A model generated the notes under the pieces. The model was not told where the DNA came from. It saw only the letters and a program-made list of their open reading frames with translations, and did not search any database. This document shows positions 11,446 to 22,229 of a DNA stretch of 64,000 nt, in pieces. This DNA comes from Takakia lepidozioides. Taxonomy: Eukaryota; Plantae; Bryophyta. Made by a program: the position numbers and the translations under genes. The stretch covers positions 34,782,001 to 34,846,000 of the forward strand of contig CM060734.1 of the NCBI GenBank assembly GCA_030704615.1, in the 5' to 3' direction. Position 1 is the stretch's first letter. Every line of letters begins with the position of its first letter.

Positions 11446-14400
11446 TCACCAGTAATCCCCACAAGAACAAATCCCATCTTCAAAGTGGTGAAAGCGGTTA
11501 GCGTCCCGTACAACAATTGCTCGGCCAACAATCTTTGAGATGAATTTCGTGGAGGTGTGGCAGTCACCACACACTCGAAGATTCTTGATGAGACGGAGAG
11601 GCGTCCTAGGGGTCGTGCTGATCAGCCCAAAACCAATGGCCAGCTTCTCACTGTGGTGGCAAAGAGAAAACTCCTTTTCCTCCTCCCCCACATCATGCAA
11701 TACAAAGCGCGTGTCAGGCACATACCCCGCCTCCTTCATCTGCCCAGACAATCTTCTCAGCTCAGCATGGATTTCCTTAATTCTGGGATGCTGCCTGTCA
11801 TCTACAACGAAGGTGTGCACCCTGTTGCCAACCTCAATGCAGCAGTGACCTGGCTCCTTTCTAACGCCTCTGACCTTCATTATTCTTCTTACCTTTGCAG
11901 TATCATCCCACCTGCCAGCTGCAGCATAGATGTTTGAGAGCAACACATAAGTCGCGGCATCCTGTTCATCCCACGTGAGGATAGATGTTGCCGCACGTTC
12001 AGCCATCTCGACATTGCCATGGATTCTGCAGGCACCAAGCAAGGCCTTCCACACCACAGCATCTGCATTGATTGACATTTTATTAATCAGGTCCACTGCC
12101 TCATCCAGTCGTCCCGCACGTCCAAGAAGGTCCACCATGCAGCCAAAGTGTTTTACTGTCGGAGTGACACCATGATCTTGACTCAGGGAATCAAAGTAGC
12201 GTCTTCCTTCATTCAGTAGGCCAGCGTGGCTGCATGCAGAGAGAACACATATAAAGGTGATACTGTCCGGCTTCAAGCCATTCTTTTGCATTCCTTCAAA
12301 TAGTTGCACGACCTCCCTATGACAACCATGCTGTGCATATCCTGCGATCATCGCATTCCACGACACCACATTTCGTTCAGCCATATTGTCGAACACTCCC
12401 TTTGCATCCTCGATGCACCCACATTTGGCATACATGTCCACGAGGGTATTGTTCAGAATCACATCTGGTACAATTCCAGCTTTGGCGATGCAACCATGCA
12501 CCTCTTTGCCCTTTTCCAGGGCTGCCAGGCTTGCACAGGCATTGCAAACGCACACAAACGTGATGTGGTCGGGCTTCACCCCTTCCCCCATCATTTGCTC
12601 ATACGTCTCCAAAGCCTCCATCCCGCGCCCCTGCTGTGCATACCCTGCGATCATCGCGTTCCACGACACCACATTTCGTTCAGACATATTGTTGAACACT
12701 CCCTTCGCATCCTCCATGCTTCCACATTTGGCATACATGTCCACCAGGGCAGTGTTCAGGATGACATTTGGTACAATTGCAGCTTTGGTGATGTCGCCAT
12801 GGACCTCTCTGCCCTTGTCCAGGGCTGCCAGGCTTGCACATGCATGGCAAACGCACACAAACGTGATGTGGTTGGGCCTCACCCCTTCGCACATCATTTG
12901 CTCATACGTCTCCAAAGCCTCCATCCCGCACCCCTGCTGTGCATATCCTGCAATCATCGCACTCCACGACACCACATCTCGTTCAGCCATAGTGTCAAAC
13001 ACTCCCTTGGCATCCTCGATGCTCCCACATTTTGCATACATGTCCACGAGGGTATTGTTCAGAATGACATTTGGTACAATTCCAGCTTTGGTGATGTCGC
13101 CATGGACCTCTTTGCCCTTGTCCAGGGCTGCCAGGCTTGCACACGCACTGCAAACGCACACAAACGTGATGTGGTCGGGCTTTACCCCTTCCCCCATCAT
13201 TTGCTCATACGTCTCCAAAGCCTCCATCCCACGCCCCTGCTGTGCATATCCTGCGATCATCGCGTTCCACGTCACCACATTTCGTTCAGCCATATTGTCG
13301 AACACTCCCTTTGCATCCTCGATGCACCCACATTTGGCATACATGTCCACGAGGGTATTGTTCAGAATCACATCTGGTACAATTCCAGCTTTGGCGATGC
13401 AACCATGCACCTCTTTGCCCTTTTCCAGGGCTGCCAGGCTTGCACATGCACTGCATACGCACACAAATGTGATGTGGTCGGGCTTCACCCCTTCCCCCAT
13501 CATTTGCTCATACGTCTCCAAAGCCTCCATCCCGCGCCCCTGCTGTGCATATCCTGTGATCATCGCGTTCCACGACACCACATTTCGTTCAGCCATATTG
13601 TCGAACACTCCCTTTGCATACTCGATGCACCCACATTTGGCATACATGTCCACAAGGGTATTGTTTAGAATCACATCTGGTACAATTCCAGCTTTGGCGA
13701 TGCAACCATGCACCTCCTTGCCCTTTTCCAGGGCTGCCAGGCTTGCACACGCACTGCATACGCACACAAACGTGATGTGGTCGGGCTTCACCCCTTCCCC
13801 CATCATTTGCTCATACGTCTCCAAAGCCTCCATCCCGCGCCCCTGCTGTGCATACCCTGCAATCATCGCACTCCACGAAACCACATTTCGTTCAGCCATA
13901 TTGTTGAACACTCCCTTCGCATCCTCCATGCTCCCACATTTGGCATACATGTCCACCAGGGCAGTGTTCAGGATGACATTTGGTACAATTCCAGCTTTGG
14001 CGATGTCGCCATGGACCTCTTTGCCCTTGTCCAGGGCTGCCAGGCTTGCACAAGCATTGCAAATGCACACAAACGTGATGTGGTTGGGCTTCACCCCTTC
14101 GCACATCATTTGCTCATAGGTCTCCAAAGCCTCCATCCCGTGCCCCTGCTGTGCATATCCTGCAATCATCGCACTCCACGACACCACATCTCGTTCAGCC
14201 ATATTGTTGAACACTCCCTCCGCATCCTCCATGCTCCCACATTTGGCATACATGTCCACAAGGGTATTGTTCAGAATCACATCTGGTATAATTCCAGCTT
14301 TGGCGATGCAACCATGCACCTCTTTGCCCTTTTCCAGGGCTGCCAGGCTTGCACACGCACTGCAAACGCACACAAATGTGATGTGGTTGGGCTTCACCCC

Positions 14401-15279
14401 TTCCCCAATCATTTGCTCATACGTCTCCAAAGCCTCCATCCCGCGCCCCTGCTGTACATATCCTGCAATCATCGCACTCCACGACACCACATTTCGTTCA
14501 GCCATATTGTTGAACACTCCCTTTGCATCCTTGATGCACCCACATTTGGCATACATGTCCACGAGGGTATTGTTCAGAATCACATCTGGTACAATTCCAG
14601 CTTTGACGATGTCACCATGGACCTCTTTCCCCTTTTCCAGGGCTCCCAGGCTTGCACACGCATTGCAAACACAAACAAACGTGATGTGGTTGGGCTTCAC
14701 CCCTTCGCGTATCATTTGCTCATAGGTCTCCAAAGCATTTCTACCACACCCATGCTTGGTAAGTCCTGCCAACATTATATTCCACGTGATCAAAGATCGT
14801 TGAGGCATTCTGTTGAACACTTGGTGAGCATCCATGATGCTCCCGCACTTAACATACATGTTGACAAGGGTGTTGAGTAGAAAAACATTTGGCGTGAATC
14901 CACTTTGGATAATGTGAGTGTGCACCTGCTTTCCAACTTCCAGGCGTTTCATCTTGATGCACTTATGCAAGAGACAGACATACGTATCTGAATCTGCTGA
15001 AATGCCTCCTTGGTTTAAAGTCTGTAGAGCCTCTGTAAGTCTGCCTGCCTCACAAAGCATCTTCACATGCCCAGAAGTGCCAGAAGAGGCATTGTGGACT
15101 CCCTCTCTTGATCCTCTTCCAGAAGCTGTGGTCATGGTTGAGGCGCCTGATTTTATCAACTGTGCCGCTGCAGCTGCTGCCTTTAGTTGACCATCTACCC
15201 ATGCAGGTTTCTTGTAGCTATTGATCCACAGGGAATCATAGGTAATCTTCTGCTTGTAATCAGGCCCTCTTCGATGAAT
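11446..15279 (-). CDS. PLS-class PPR-E1-E2-DYW protein, copy 1 (main exon; 8 P1L1S1 triplets) with N-terminal PDF half-motif
   Basis: Architecture L-S-(P-L-S)x8-P2-L2-S2-E1-E2-DYW, with HSEKLA, CGDCH and terminal CSCGDYW. The ORF-track GTG start lies in an intron 3' end (gtgtgggtccag|ATT). Confidence 0.95.
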   Translation of the reverse strand: MHRRGPDYKQKITYDSLWINSYKKPAWVDGQLKAAAAAAQLIKSGASTMTTASGRGSREGVHNASSGTSGHVKMLCEAGRLTEALQTLNQGGISADSDTYVCLLHKCIKMKRLEVGKQVHTHIIQSGFTPNVFLLNTLVNMYVKCGSIMDAHQVFNRMPQRSLITWNIMLAGLTKHGCGRNALETYEQMIREGVKPNHITFVCVCNACASLGALEKGKEVHGDIVKAGIVPDVILNNTLVDMYAKCGCIKDAKGVFNNMAERNVVSWSAMIAGYVQQGRGMEALETYEQMIGEGVKPNHITFVCVCSACASLAALEKGKEVHGCIAKAGIIPDVILNNTLVDMYAKCGSMEDAEGVFNNMAERDVVSWSAMIAGYAQQGHGMEALETYEQMMCEGVKPNHITFVCICNACASLAALDKGKEVHGDIAKAGIVPNVILNTALVDMYAKCGSMEDAKGVFNNMAERNVVSWSAMIAGYAQQGRGMEALETYEQMMGEGVKPDHITFVCVCSACASLAALEKGKEVHGCIAKAGIVPDVILNNTLVDMYAKCGCIEYAKGVFDNMAERNVVSWNAMITGYAQQGRGMEALETYEQMMGEGVKPDHITFVCVCSACASLAALEKGKEVHGCIAKAGIVPDVILNNTLVDMYAKCGCIEDAKGVFDNMAERNVVTWNAMIAGYAQQGRGMEALETYEQMMGEGVKPDHITFVCVCSACASLAALDKGKEVHGDITKAGIVPNVILNNTLVDMYAKCGSIEDAKGVFDTMAERDVVSWSAMIAGYAQQGCGMEALETYEQMMCEGVRPNHITFVCVCHACASLAALDKGREVHGDITKAAIVPNVILNTALVDMYAKCGSMEDAKGVFNNMSERNVVSWNAMIAGYAQQGRGMEALETYEQMMGEGVKPDHITFVCVCNACASLAALEKGKEVHGCIAKAGIVPDVILNNTLVDMYAKCGCIEDAKGVFDNMAERNVVSWNAMIAGYAQHGCHREVVQLFEGMQKNGLKPDSITFICVLSACSHAGLLNEGRRYFDSLSQDHGVTPTVKHFGCMVDLLGRAGRLDEAVDLINKMSINADAVVWKALLGACRIHGNVEMAERAATSILTWDEQDAATYVLLSNIYAAAGRWDDTAKVRRIMKVRGVRKEPGHCCIEVGNRVHTFVVDDRQHPRIKEIHAELRRLSGQMKEAGYVPDTRFVLHDVGEEEKEFSLCHHSEKLAIGFGLISTTPRTPLRLIKNLRVCGDCHTSTKFISKIVGRAIVVRDANRFHHFEDGICSCGDYW

Positions 15280-15472
15280 CTGGACCCACACTCTACCCTT
15301 GCTCCTTCAGCTATCCATGCCTCTGCACAAATCATGCATTCATCCTTGCCTCGCTGCTAGCAGCTGACAATGACAGCCTAGATTTGTTCTAGGAAACACC
15401 CAACTCAGCTTATCACACTAGTTCCTATGCTGAATTGCGTCTGCTACTCTCTGTAAACTAACAAGCATTCAC

Positions 15473-16977
15473 CTTTTTGCCTCGGTTGTCCCACCATTGA
15501 CTGGGGTCAGAAAAATATTCATTCCACAGCTTCTCCTCATCTTGGTTACCTGTTTCTGGATACTTTCCTGTTGTCACATTGGCAGTATCATGTCAAAGTC
15601 ACTCCAAACTAGATTCACTCAACCAGCAGAATTCAACATAAACATTTAGGGCCGGTTCTGATAACAGGGAAAAACAGGGTGAAATGTGTTGTAGAAGGTG
15701 CCTTCATTAGCAGTGCCTGATTTTATCAATTGTGCCGCTGCTGCTGCGGCTTCCAGTTGACCATCTACCCATGCAGGTTTCTTGTAGCTATTGATCCCCA
15801 GGGAATCATAGGTAATCTTGTGCTTGAAATCTGGCCCTCTTGGATGAATCTGGACCCACACTCTACCCCTGCTCCTTCAGCTATCCATGCCTCTGCACAA
15901 ATCATGCATACATCCTTGCCTTGCTGCTAGCAACTGACAATGACAACCTAGAAGTCTTCCAGCAAACACCCCAACCATACTTATGACACTAGTTCCTATC
16001 CTGACTTGCGTCTGCTTCCAACAGGCATTCACCTTTTTGTCTCCACTGTCCCACCATTGACTGGGGTTGGAAAAGTGTTCATTCCAAAGCTTCTCCTCAT
16101 CTCTGTGATTTGTTTTTGGATACTTTCCTGCTGCCACATCGGCTGTAACTTGTCAAAGTCACTCCAAACCACCACAGATCCACCCAACCAGCTAACTTAC
16201 AGAATTCAATATGCAAATTCAGGGCCGAGTCTGATGAGAGGGCAAAACAGGCTGAAATAGGTCGAAGAAGAAGGTGCCCTCACCACATTGTCCTTGACCT
16301 TGTGTCATGACCCATGGAGGATTTGACCGACCATCAACCCAAAAGGACCTCTTCTGTGTGCTGTTTGTGTCTGTAGTCAGGTGATGTCGGATTGGTCTGT
16401 GAGAACCACCACGGTGCAGCTGAGCCGGCAGAGATTGAAACACGGCCTGCTAAGACCAAGCTGACTCTCCCAAGAACCTTGTAAACATCAGGAAGAGTAC
16501 CAAATCATGGTACTAACAGGAGCCAAGAGCCCACATTTGCAGGATGGACAAACTTCTTCACATCGTACATTAAGAAAAAGCCACACCTTGCGATTGCGGT
16601 AGTCCCACCATCGTGAAGGATCTTTGAAAAACTCATGCCTCCGTGCTCCAAGGTAGAGGGTTGTGCTCGAAAATCCGACAGCATCAACATTTTGACAAGG
16701 TCCTTTACTGAGGGGTGCTAGTGATCTTTCAACAACCTTCATGCAAGTTGTTTTGGGCTCCATTGGGCTCTACACGATGAGGAACAACGAACTCCAAATT
16801 CTGCTCAAGACCGTGTGCGTTTACCGAACTTTCAGCAAGGATATTCCACCAATGTGGCAGTGGTGGGCCCTCGATGGACCACCGGTTCGTCGTCGTGCCG
16901 TTCTGATGGCTCCTAGCGGTTACATAGCGCTTGCATGCAGCCAAATGGGCCCCACATGCACATAAAGCACTTTGCAT
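15473..16977 (-). other. Upstream exons encoding OSB-type PDF motifs, copy 1 (5' part decayed)
   Basis: Exon 15567-15473 reads GKYPETGNQDEEKLWNEYFSDPSQWWDNRGKK|gt. Further exons give PDFKHKITYDSL and HEFFKDPSRWWDYRNRK|gt. A possible original start is MQSALCACGAHLAACKRY at 16977. Confidence 0.8.
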
Positions 16978-17478
16978 TTTTACTCTTTGTATTTATCGTG
17001 CCGTCAAAAACCAGAATTCATCGCTTGGCCGGGCGGGGCATTACACTCCCCTGTAATGCACTGGGCAGCGAGGCTGGTGCCATAGGAGAGAGGGGGAGAA
17101 GCAGTCGAAAGGCCTTCATCATTGACAGACCAATGCTTGCTACTAGCTAGAGGGGGAGTGAGAGGAAAAACGGCCAAGTCCCCCGACGCACTCACCGCAA
17201 ACTGCGGAGCACCATCGCGGGCCCATCTCTTTTGCCATCCTCTGCCGACACCGGGGCCAACATGTGTACATATTGAACGTGAGAAAAAATTAAATGCCAA
17301 CACCCAGGGTAAATGATGTAAACCTGTACAGCTTTATTTACAGGAAACATGAGGTATTTGAACATATGATAGAAAAACCCTTGGCTGCTCAGCCTTCCTC
17401 CCTGGTCGTTTTCAGAGACCACTCTACAATCTCCAGACTGCAAACATAAGCTGGGTTAGCATCTGTGTAAGTCTGGAC

Positions 17479-18808
17479 ATGTTCGTTGTTCCTCGTCGTG
17501 TAGAGCCCAATGGAGCCCAAAACAACTGGCATGAATGTTGTCGAAAGCTCACTAGCACCCCTCAGTAAAGGACCTTGTCAGAATGTTGATGCTGCCGGAT
17601 TTTCGAGCACAACCCTCTACCTTGGAGCACGGAGCAGAGCTGGCATGAGTTTTTTAAAGATCGTTCACTTTGGTGGGACTATCGCAATCTCAAGGTGTGG
17701 CTTTTTCTTAATGTACGATGTGAAGAAGTTTGTCCATCCTGCAAATGTGGGCTCTTGGCTCCTGTTAGTACCATGATTTGGTACTCTTCCTGATGTTTAC
17801 AAGGTTCTTGGGAGAGTCAGCTTGGTCTTAGCAGGCCGTGTTTCAATCTCTGCCGGCTCAGCTGCACCGTGGTGGTTCTCACAGACCAATCCGACATCAC
17901 CTGACTACAGACACAAGCAGCACACAGAAGAGGTCCTTTTGGGTTGATGGTCGGTCCAATCCTCCATGGGTCATGACACAAGGTCAAGGACAATGTGGTG
18001 AGGGCACCTTCTTCTTCGACCTATTTCAGCCTGTTTTTCCCTCTCATCAGACTCGGCCCTGAATTTGCATATTGTATTCTGTAAGTTAGCTGGTTGGGTG
18101 GATCTGTGGTGGTTTGGAGTGACTTTGACAAGTTACTGCCGATGTGGCAGCAGTAAAGTATCCAAAAACAGATAACAGAGATGAGGAGAAGCTTTGGAAT
18201 GAACACTTTTCCGACCCCAGTCAATGGTGGGACAGTGGAGACAAAAAGGTGAATGCCTGGTCGAAGCAGACGCAAGTCAGCATAGGAACTATTGTGAGAA
18301 ATATGGTTGGGGTGTTTGCTGGAAGAATTCTAGGCTGTCATTGTCAGTTGCTAGCAGCAAGGCAAGGATGTATGCATGATTTGTGCATAGGCATGGATAG
18401 CTGAAGGAGCAGGGGTAGAGTGTGGGTCCAGATTCATCCAAGAGGGCCGGATTTCAAGCTCCAGATCACCTATGATTCCCTGTGGAAGGATAGCTACAAG
18501 AAACCTGCATGGGTAGATGGTCAACTGGAAGCTGCAGCAGCAGCGGCACAATTGATAAAATCAGGCACTGCTAATGAAGGTCAACACATTTCACCCTGTT
18601 TTTCCCTGTTATCAGAACCGGCCCTAAATGTTTATGTTGAATTCTGCAAGTTAGCTGGTTGAGTGAATCTAGTTTGGAGTGACTTTGACATGATCCTGCC
18701 AATGTGACAACAGGAAAGTATCCAGAAACAGGTAACAGAGATGAGGAGAAGCTGTGGAATGAATACTTTTCTGACCCCAGTCAATGGTGGGACAACCTAG
18801 GCAAAAAG
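17479..18808 (+). other. Upstream exons encoding OSB-type PDF motifs, copy 2
   Basis: Predicted exons ..17694, 17885-17997, 18154-18248, 18432-18579 and 18714-18808 have phase-compatible GT/AG boundaries. The donor at 18580 is weak. Confidence 0.8.
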
Positions 18809-18992
18809 GTGAATGCCTGTTCCTATGTTAGTTCCTATTCAACATAGGAACTAGTGTGATAAGCTGAGTTGGGTGTTTCCTGGAACAAATCTAGGCTGTC
18901 ATTGTCAGCTGCTAGCAGCAAGGCAAGGATGAATGCATGATTTGTGCAGAGGCATGGATAGCTGAAGGAGCAGGGGTAGAGTGTGGGTCCAG

Positions 18993-21900
18993 ATTCATCC
19001 AAGAGGGCGAGATTTCAAGCACAGGATTACCTATGATTCCCTGTGGATCAATAGCTACAAGAAACCTGCATGGGTAGATGGTCAACTAAAGGCAGCAGCT
19101 GCAGTGGCACAGTTGATAAAATCAGGCATCTCAACCATGACCAAAGCCTCTGGAAGCTCTGGAAGAGGATCAAGAGAGGGAGTTCACAATGCCTCTTCTA
19201 GCACTTCTGGGCATGTGAAGATGCTTTGTAAGGCAGGCAGACTGAAAGAGGCTCTACAGACTTTAAACCAAGGAGGCATTTCAGCAGATTCAGATACGTA
19301 TGTCTGTCTCTTGCATAAGTGCATCAAGATGAAAGGCCTGGAAGCTGGAAAGCAGGTGCACACTCACATTATCCAAAGTGGATTCACGCCAAATGTTTTT
19401 CTACTCAACACCCTTGTCAACATGTATGTTAAGTGCGGGAGCATCATGGATGCTTACCAAGTGTTCAACAGAATGCCTCAACGGTCTTTGCTCACATGGA
19501 ATATAATGTTGGCAGGATTTACCAAGCATGGGTGTGCTAGGAATGGTTTGGAGACCTATGAGCAAATGATGCGCGAACGGGTGAAGCCCAACCACATCAC
19601 ATTTGTTTGTGTTTGCAATGCGTGCGCAACCCTGGGAGCCCTGGAAAAGGGGAAAGAGGTCCATGGTGACATTGTCAAAGCTGGAATTGTACCAGATGTG
19701 ATTCTGAACAATACCCTCGTGGACATGTATGCCAAATGTGGGTGCCTCGAGGATGCAAAGGGAGTGTTCAACAATATGGCTGAACGAGATGTGGTATCGT
19801 GGAGTGCGATGATTGCAGGATATGCACAGCAGGGGCGCGGGATGGAGGCTTTGGAGACGTATGAGCAAATGATTGTGGAAGGGGTGAAGCCCAACCACAT
19901 CACGTTTGTGTGCGTTTGCAATGCTTGTGCAAGCCTGGCAGCCCTGGAAAAGGGCAAAGAGGTCCATGGCGACATCGCCAAATCTGCAATTGTACCAAAT
20001 GTCATCCTGAACACTGCCCTGGTGGACATGTATGCCAAATGTGGAAGCATGGAGGATGCGAAGGGAGTGTTCAACAATATGGCTGAACGAAATGTGGTGT
20101 CCTGGAGTGCGATGATTGCAGGGTATGCACAGCAGGGGCGTGGGATGGAGGCTTTGGAGATGTATGAGCAAATGATGGGGGAAGGGGTGAAGCCTGACCA
20201 CATCACATTTGTGTGCGTTTGCAGTGCGTGTGCAGGCCTGGCAGCCCTGGAAAAGGGCAAAGAGGTGCATGGTTGCATCGCCAAAGCTGGAATTGTACCA
20301 GATGTGATTCTAAACAATACCCTCGTGGACATGTATGCCAAATGTGGGAGCATCGAGGATGCAAAGGGAGTGTTCGACACCATGCCTGAACGAAATGTGG
20401 TGTCGTGGAACGCAATGATCGCAGGATATGCACAGCAAGGGCGCGGGATGGAGGCTTTGGAGACGTATGAGCAAATGATGGGGGAAGGGGTGAAGCCCGA
20501 CCACATCACATTTGTGTGCGTTTGCAGTGCGTGTGCAAGCCTCGCAGACCTGGAAAAGGGCAAAGAGGTCCATGGCGACATCACCAAAGCTGGAGTTGTA
20601 TCAAATGTCATTTTGAACAATACCCTCGTGGATATGTATGCAAAATGTGGGAGCATCGTGGATGCAAAGGGAGTGTTTGACACTATGGCTGAACGAAATG
20701 TGGTGTCGTGGAGTGCGATGATTGCAGGATATGCACAGCAGGGGCGCGGGATGGAGGCTTTGGAGACGTATGAGCAAATGATGTGCAAAGGGGTGAAGCC
20801 CAACCACATCACGTTTGTGTGCGTTTGCAATGCTTGTGCAAGCCTGGCAGCCCTGGAAAAGGGCAAAGAGGTGCATGGCGACATCGCCAAAGCTGCAATT
20901 GTACCAAATGTCATCCTGAACACTGCCCTGGTGGACATGTATGCCAAATGTGGGAGCATGGAGGATGCGAAGGGAGTGTTCAACAATATGTCTGAACGAA
21001 ATGTGGTGTCGTGGAACGCGATGATCGCAGGGTATGCACAGCAGGGGCGTGGGATGGAGGCTTTGGAGACCTATGAGCAAATGATGGGGGAAGGGATGAA
21101 GCCCGACCACATCACATTTGTGTGCATTTGCAGTGCGTGTGCAAGCCTGGCAGCCCTGGAAAAGGGCAAAGAGGTGCATGGTTGCATCGCCAAAGCTGGA
21201 ATTGTACCAGATGTGATTCTGAGCAATACCCTCGTGGACATGTATGCCAAATGTGGGTGCATCGAGGATGCAAAGGGAGTGTTCGACAATATGGCTGAAC
21301 GAAATGTGGTGTCGTGGAATGCGATGATCGCAGGATATGCACAGCATGGTTGTCATAGGGAGGTCGTGCAACTATTTGAAGGAATGCAAAAGAACGGCTT
21401 GAAGCCGGACAGTATCACCTTTATATGTGTTCTCTCTGCATGCAGCCACGCTGGCCTACTGAATGAAGGAAGACGCTACTTTGATTCCCTGAGTCAAGAT
21501 CATGGTGTTACTCCGACAGTAAAACACTTTGGCTGCATGGTGGACCTTCTTGGACGTGCGGGACGACTGGATGAGGCAGTGGACCTGATTAATAAAATGC
21601 CAATCAATGCAGATGCTGTGGTGTGGAAGGCCTTGCTTGGTGCCTGCAGAATCCATGGCAATGTGGAGATGGCTGAACGTGCGGCAACATCTATCCTCAC
21701 GTGGGATGAACAGGATGCCGCGACTTATGTGTTGCTCTCAAACATCTATGCTGCAGCTGGCAGGTGGGATGATACTGCAAAGGTGAGAAGAATAATGAAG
21801 GTCAGAGGCGTTAGAAAGGAGCCAGGTCACTGCTGCATTGAGGTTGGCAACAGGGTGCACACCTTCGTTGTAGATGACAGGTTGCATCCCAGAATTAAGG

Positions 21901-22229
21901 AAATCCATGCTGAGCTGAGAAGATTGTCTGGGCAGATGAAGGAGGCGGGGTATGTGCCTGACACGCGCTTTGTATTGCATGATGTGGGGGAGGAGGAAAA
22001 GGAGTTTTCTCTTTGCCACCACAGTGAGAAGCTGGCCATTGGTTTTGGGCTGATCAGCACGACCCCTAGGACGCCTCTCCGTCTCATCAAGAATCTTCGA
22101 GTGTGTGGTGACTGCCACACCTCCACGAAATTCATCTCAAAGATTGTTGGCCGAGCAATTGTTGTACGGGACGCTAACCGCTTTCACCACTTTGAAGATG
22201 GGATTTGTTCTTGTGGGGATTACTGGTGA
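18993..22229 (+). CDS. PLS-class PPR-E1-E2-DYW protein, copy 2 (main exon; 6 P1L1S1 triplets) with N-terminal PDF half-motif
   Basis: Same architecture as copy 1, with intact HSE and CxxC motifs and a DYW end. Confidence 0.95.
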   Translation: MHPRGRDFKHRITYDSLWINSYKKPAWVDGQLKAAAAVAQLIKSGISTMTKASGSSGRGSREGVHNASSSTSGHVKMLCKAGRLKEALQTLNQGGISADSDTYVCLLHKCIKMKGLEAGKQVHTHIIQSGFTPNVFLLNTLVNMYVKCGSIMDAYQVFNRMPQRSLLTWNIMLAGFTKHGCARNGLETYEQMMRERVKPNHITFVCVCNACATLGALEKGKEVHGDIVKAGIVPDVILNNTLVDMYAKCGCLEDAKGVFNNMAERDVVSWSAMIAGYAQQGRGMEALETYEQMIVEGVKPNHITFVCVCNACASLAALEKGKEVHGDIAKSAIVPNVILNTALVDMYAKCGSMEDAKGVFNNMAERNVVSWSAMIAGYAQQGRGMEALEMYEQMMGEGVKPDHITFVCVCSACAGLAALEKGKEVHGCIAKAGIVPDVILNNTLVDMYAKCGSIEDAKGVFDTMPERNVVSWNAMIAGYAQQGRGMEALETYEQMMGEGVKPDHITFVCVCSACASLADLEKGKEVHGDITKAGVVSNVILNNTLVDMYAKCGSIVDAKGVFDTMAERNVVSWSAMIAGYAQQGRGMEALETYEQMMCKGVKPNHITFVCVCNACASLAALEKGKEVHGDIAKAAIVPNVILNTALVDMYAKCGSMEDAKGVFNNMSERNVVSWNAMIAGYAQQGRGMEALETYEQMMGEGMKPDHITFVCICSACASLAALEKGKEVHGCIAKAGIVPDVILSNTLVDMYAKCGCIEDAKGVFDNMAERNVVSWNAMIAGYAQHGCHREVVQLFEGMQKNGLKPDSITFICVLSACSHAGLLNEGRRYFDSLSQDHGVTPTVKHFGCMVDLLGRAGRLDEAVDLINKMPINADAVVWKALLGACRIHGNVEMAERAATSILTWDEQDAATYVLLSNIYAAAGRWDDTAKVRRIMKVRGVRKEPGHCCIEVGNRVHTFVVDDRLHPRIKEIHAELRRLSGQMKEAGYVPDTRFVLHDVGEEEKEFSLCHHSEKLAIGFGLISTTPRTPLRLIKNLRVCGDCHTSTKFISKIVGRAIVVRDANRFHHFEDGICSCGDYW

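Noticed and set aside
12304-14880. Long antisense ORFs over the PPR genes (454, 577, 390 aa; likewise 19401-21371 and 49335-50846)
   Set aside because: These are shadow frames of a repeated 303-bp unit that happens to lack antisense stops; no independent protein signal.
15280-15291. 'MWVQ' start of the PPR ORFs (also 18981 and 48769)
   Set aside because: The codon is GTG within the intron acceptor region gtgtgggtccag; it is not a eukaryotic start.
21814-22229. U-to-C (KP-clade) editing domain
   Set aside because: It has PG rather than KP, HSE, and a canonical DYW end.
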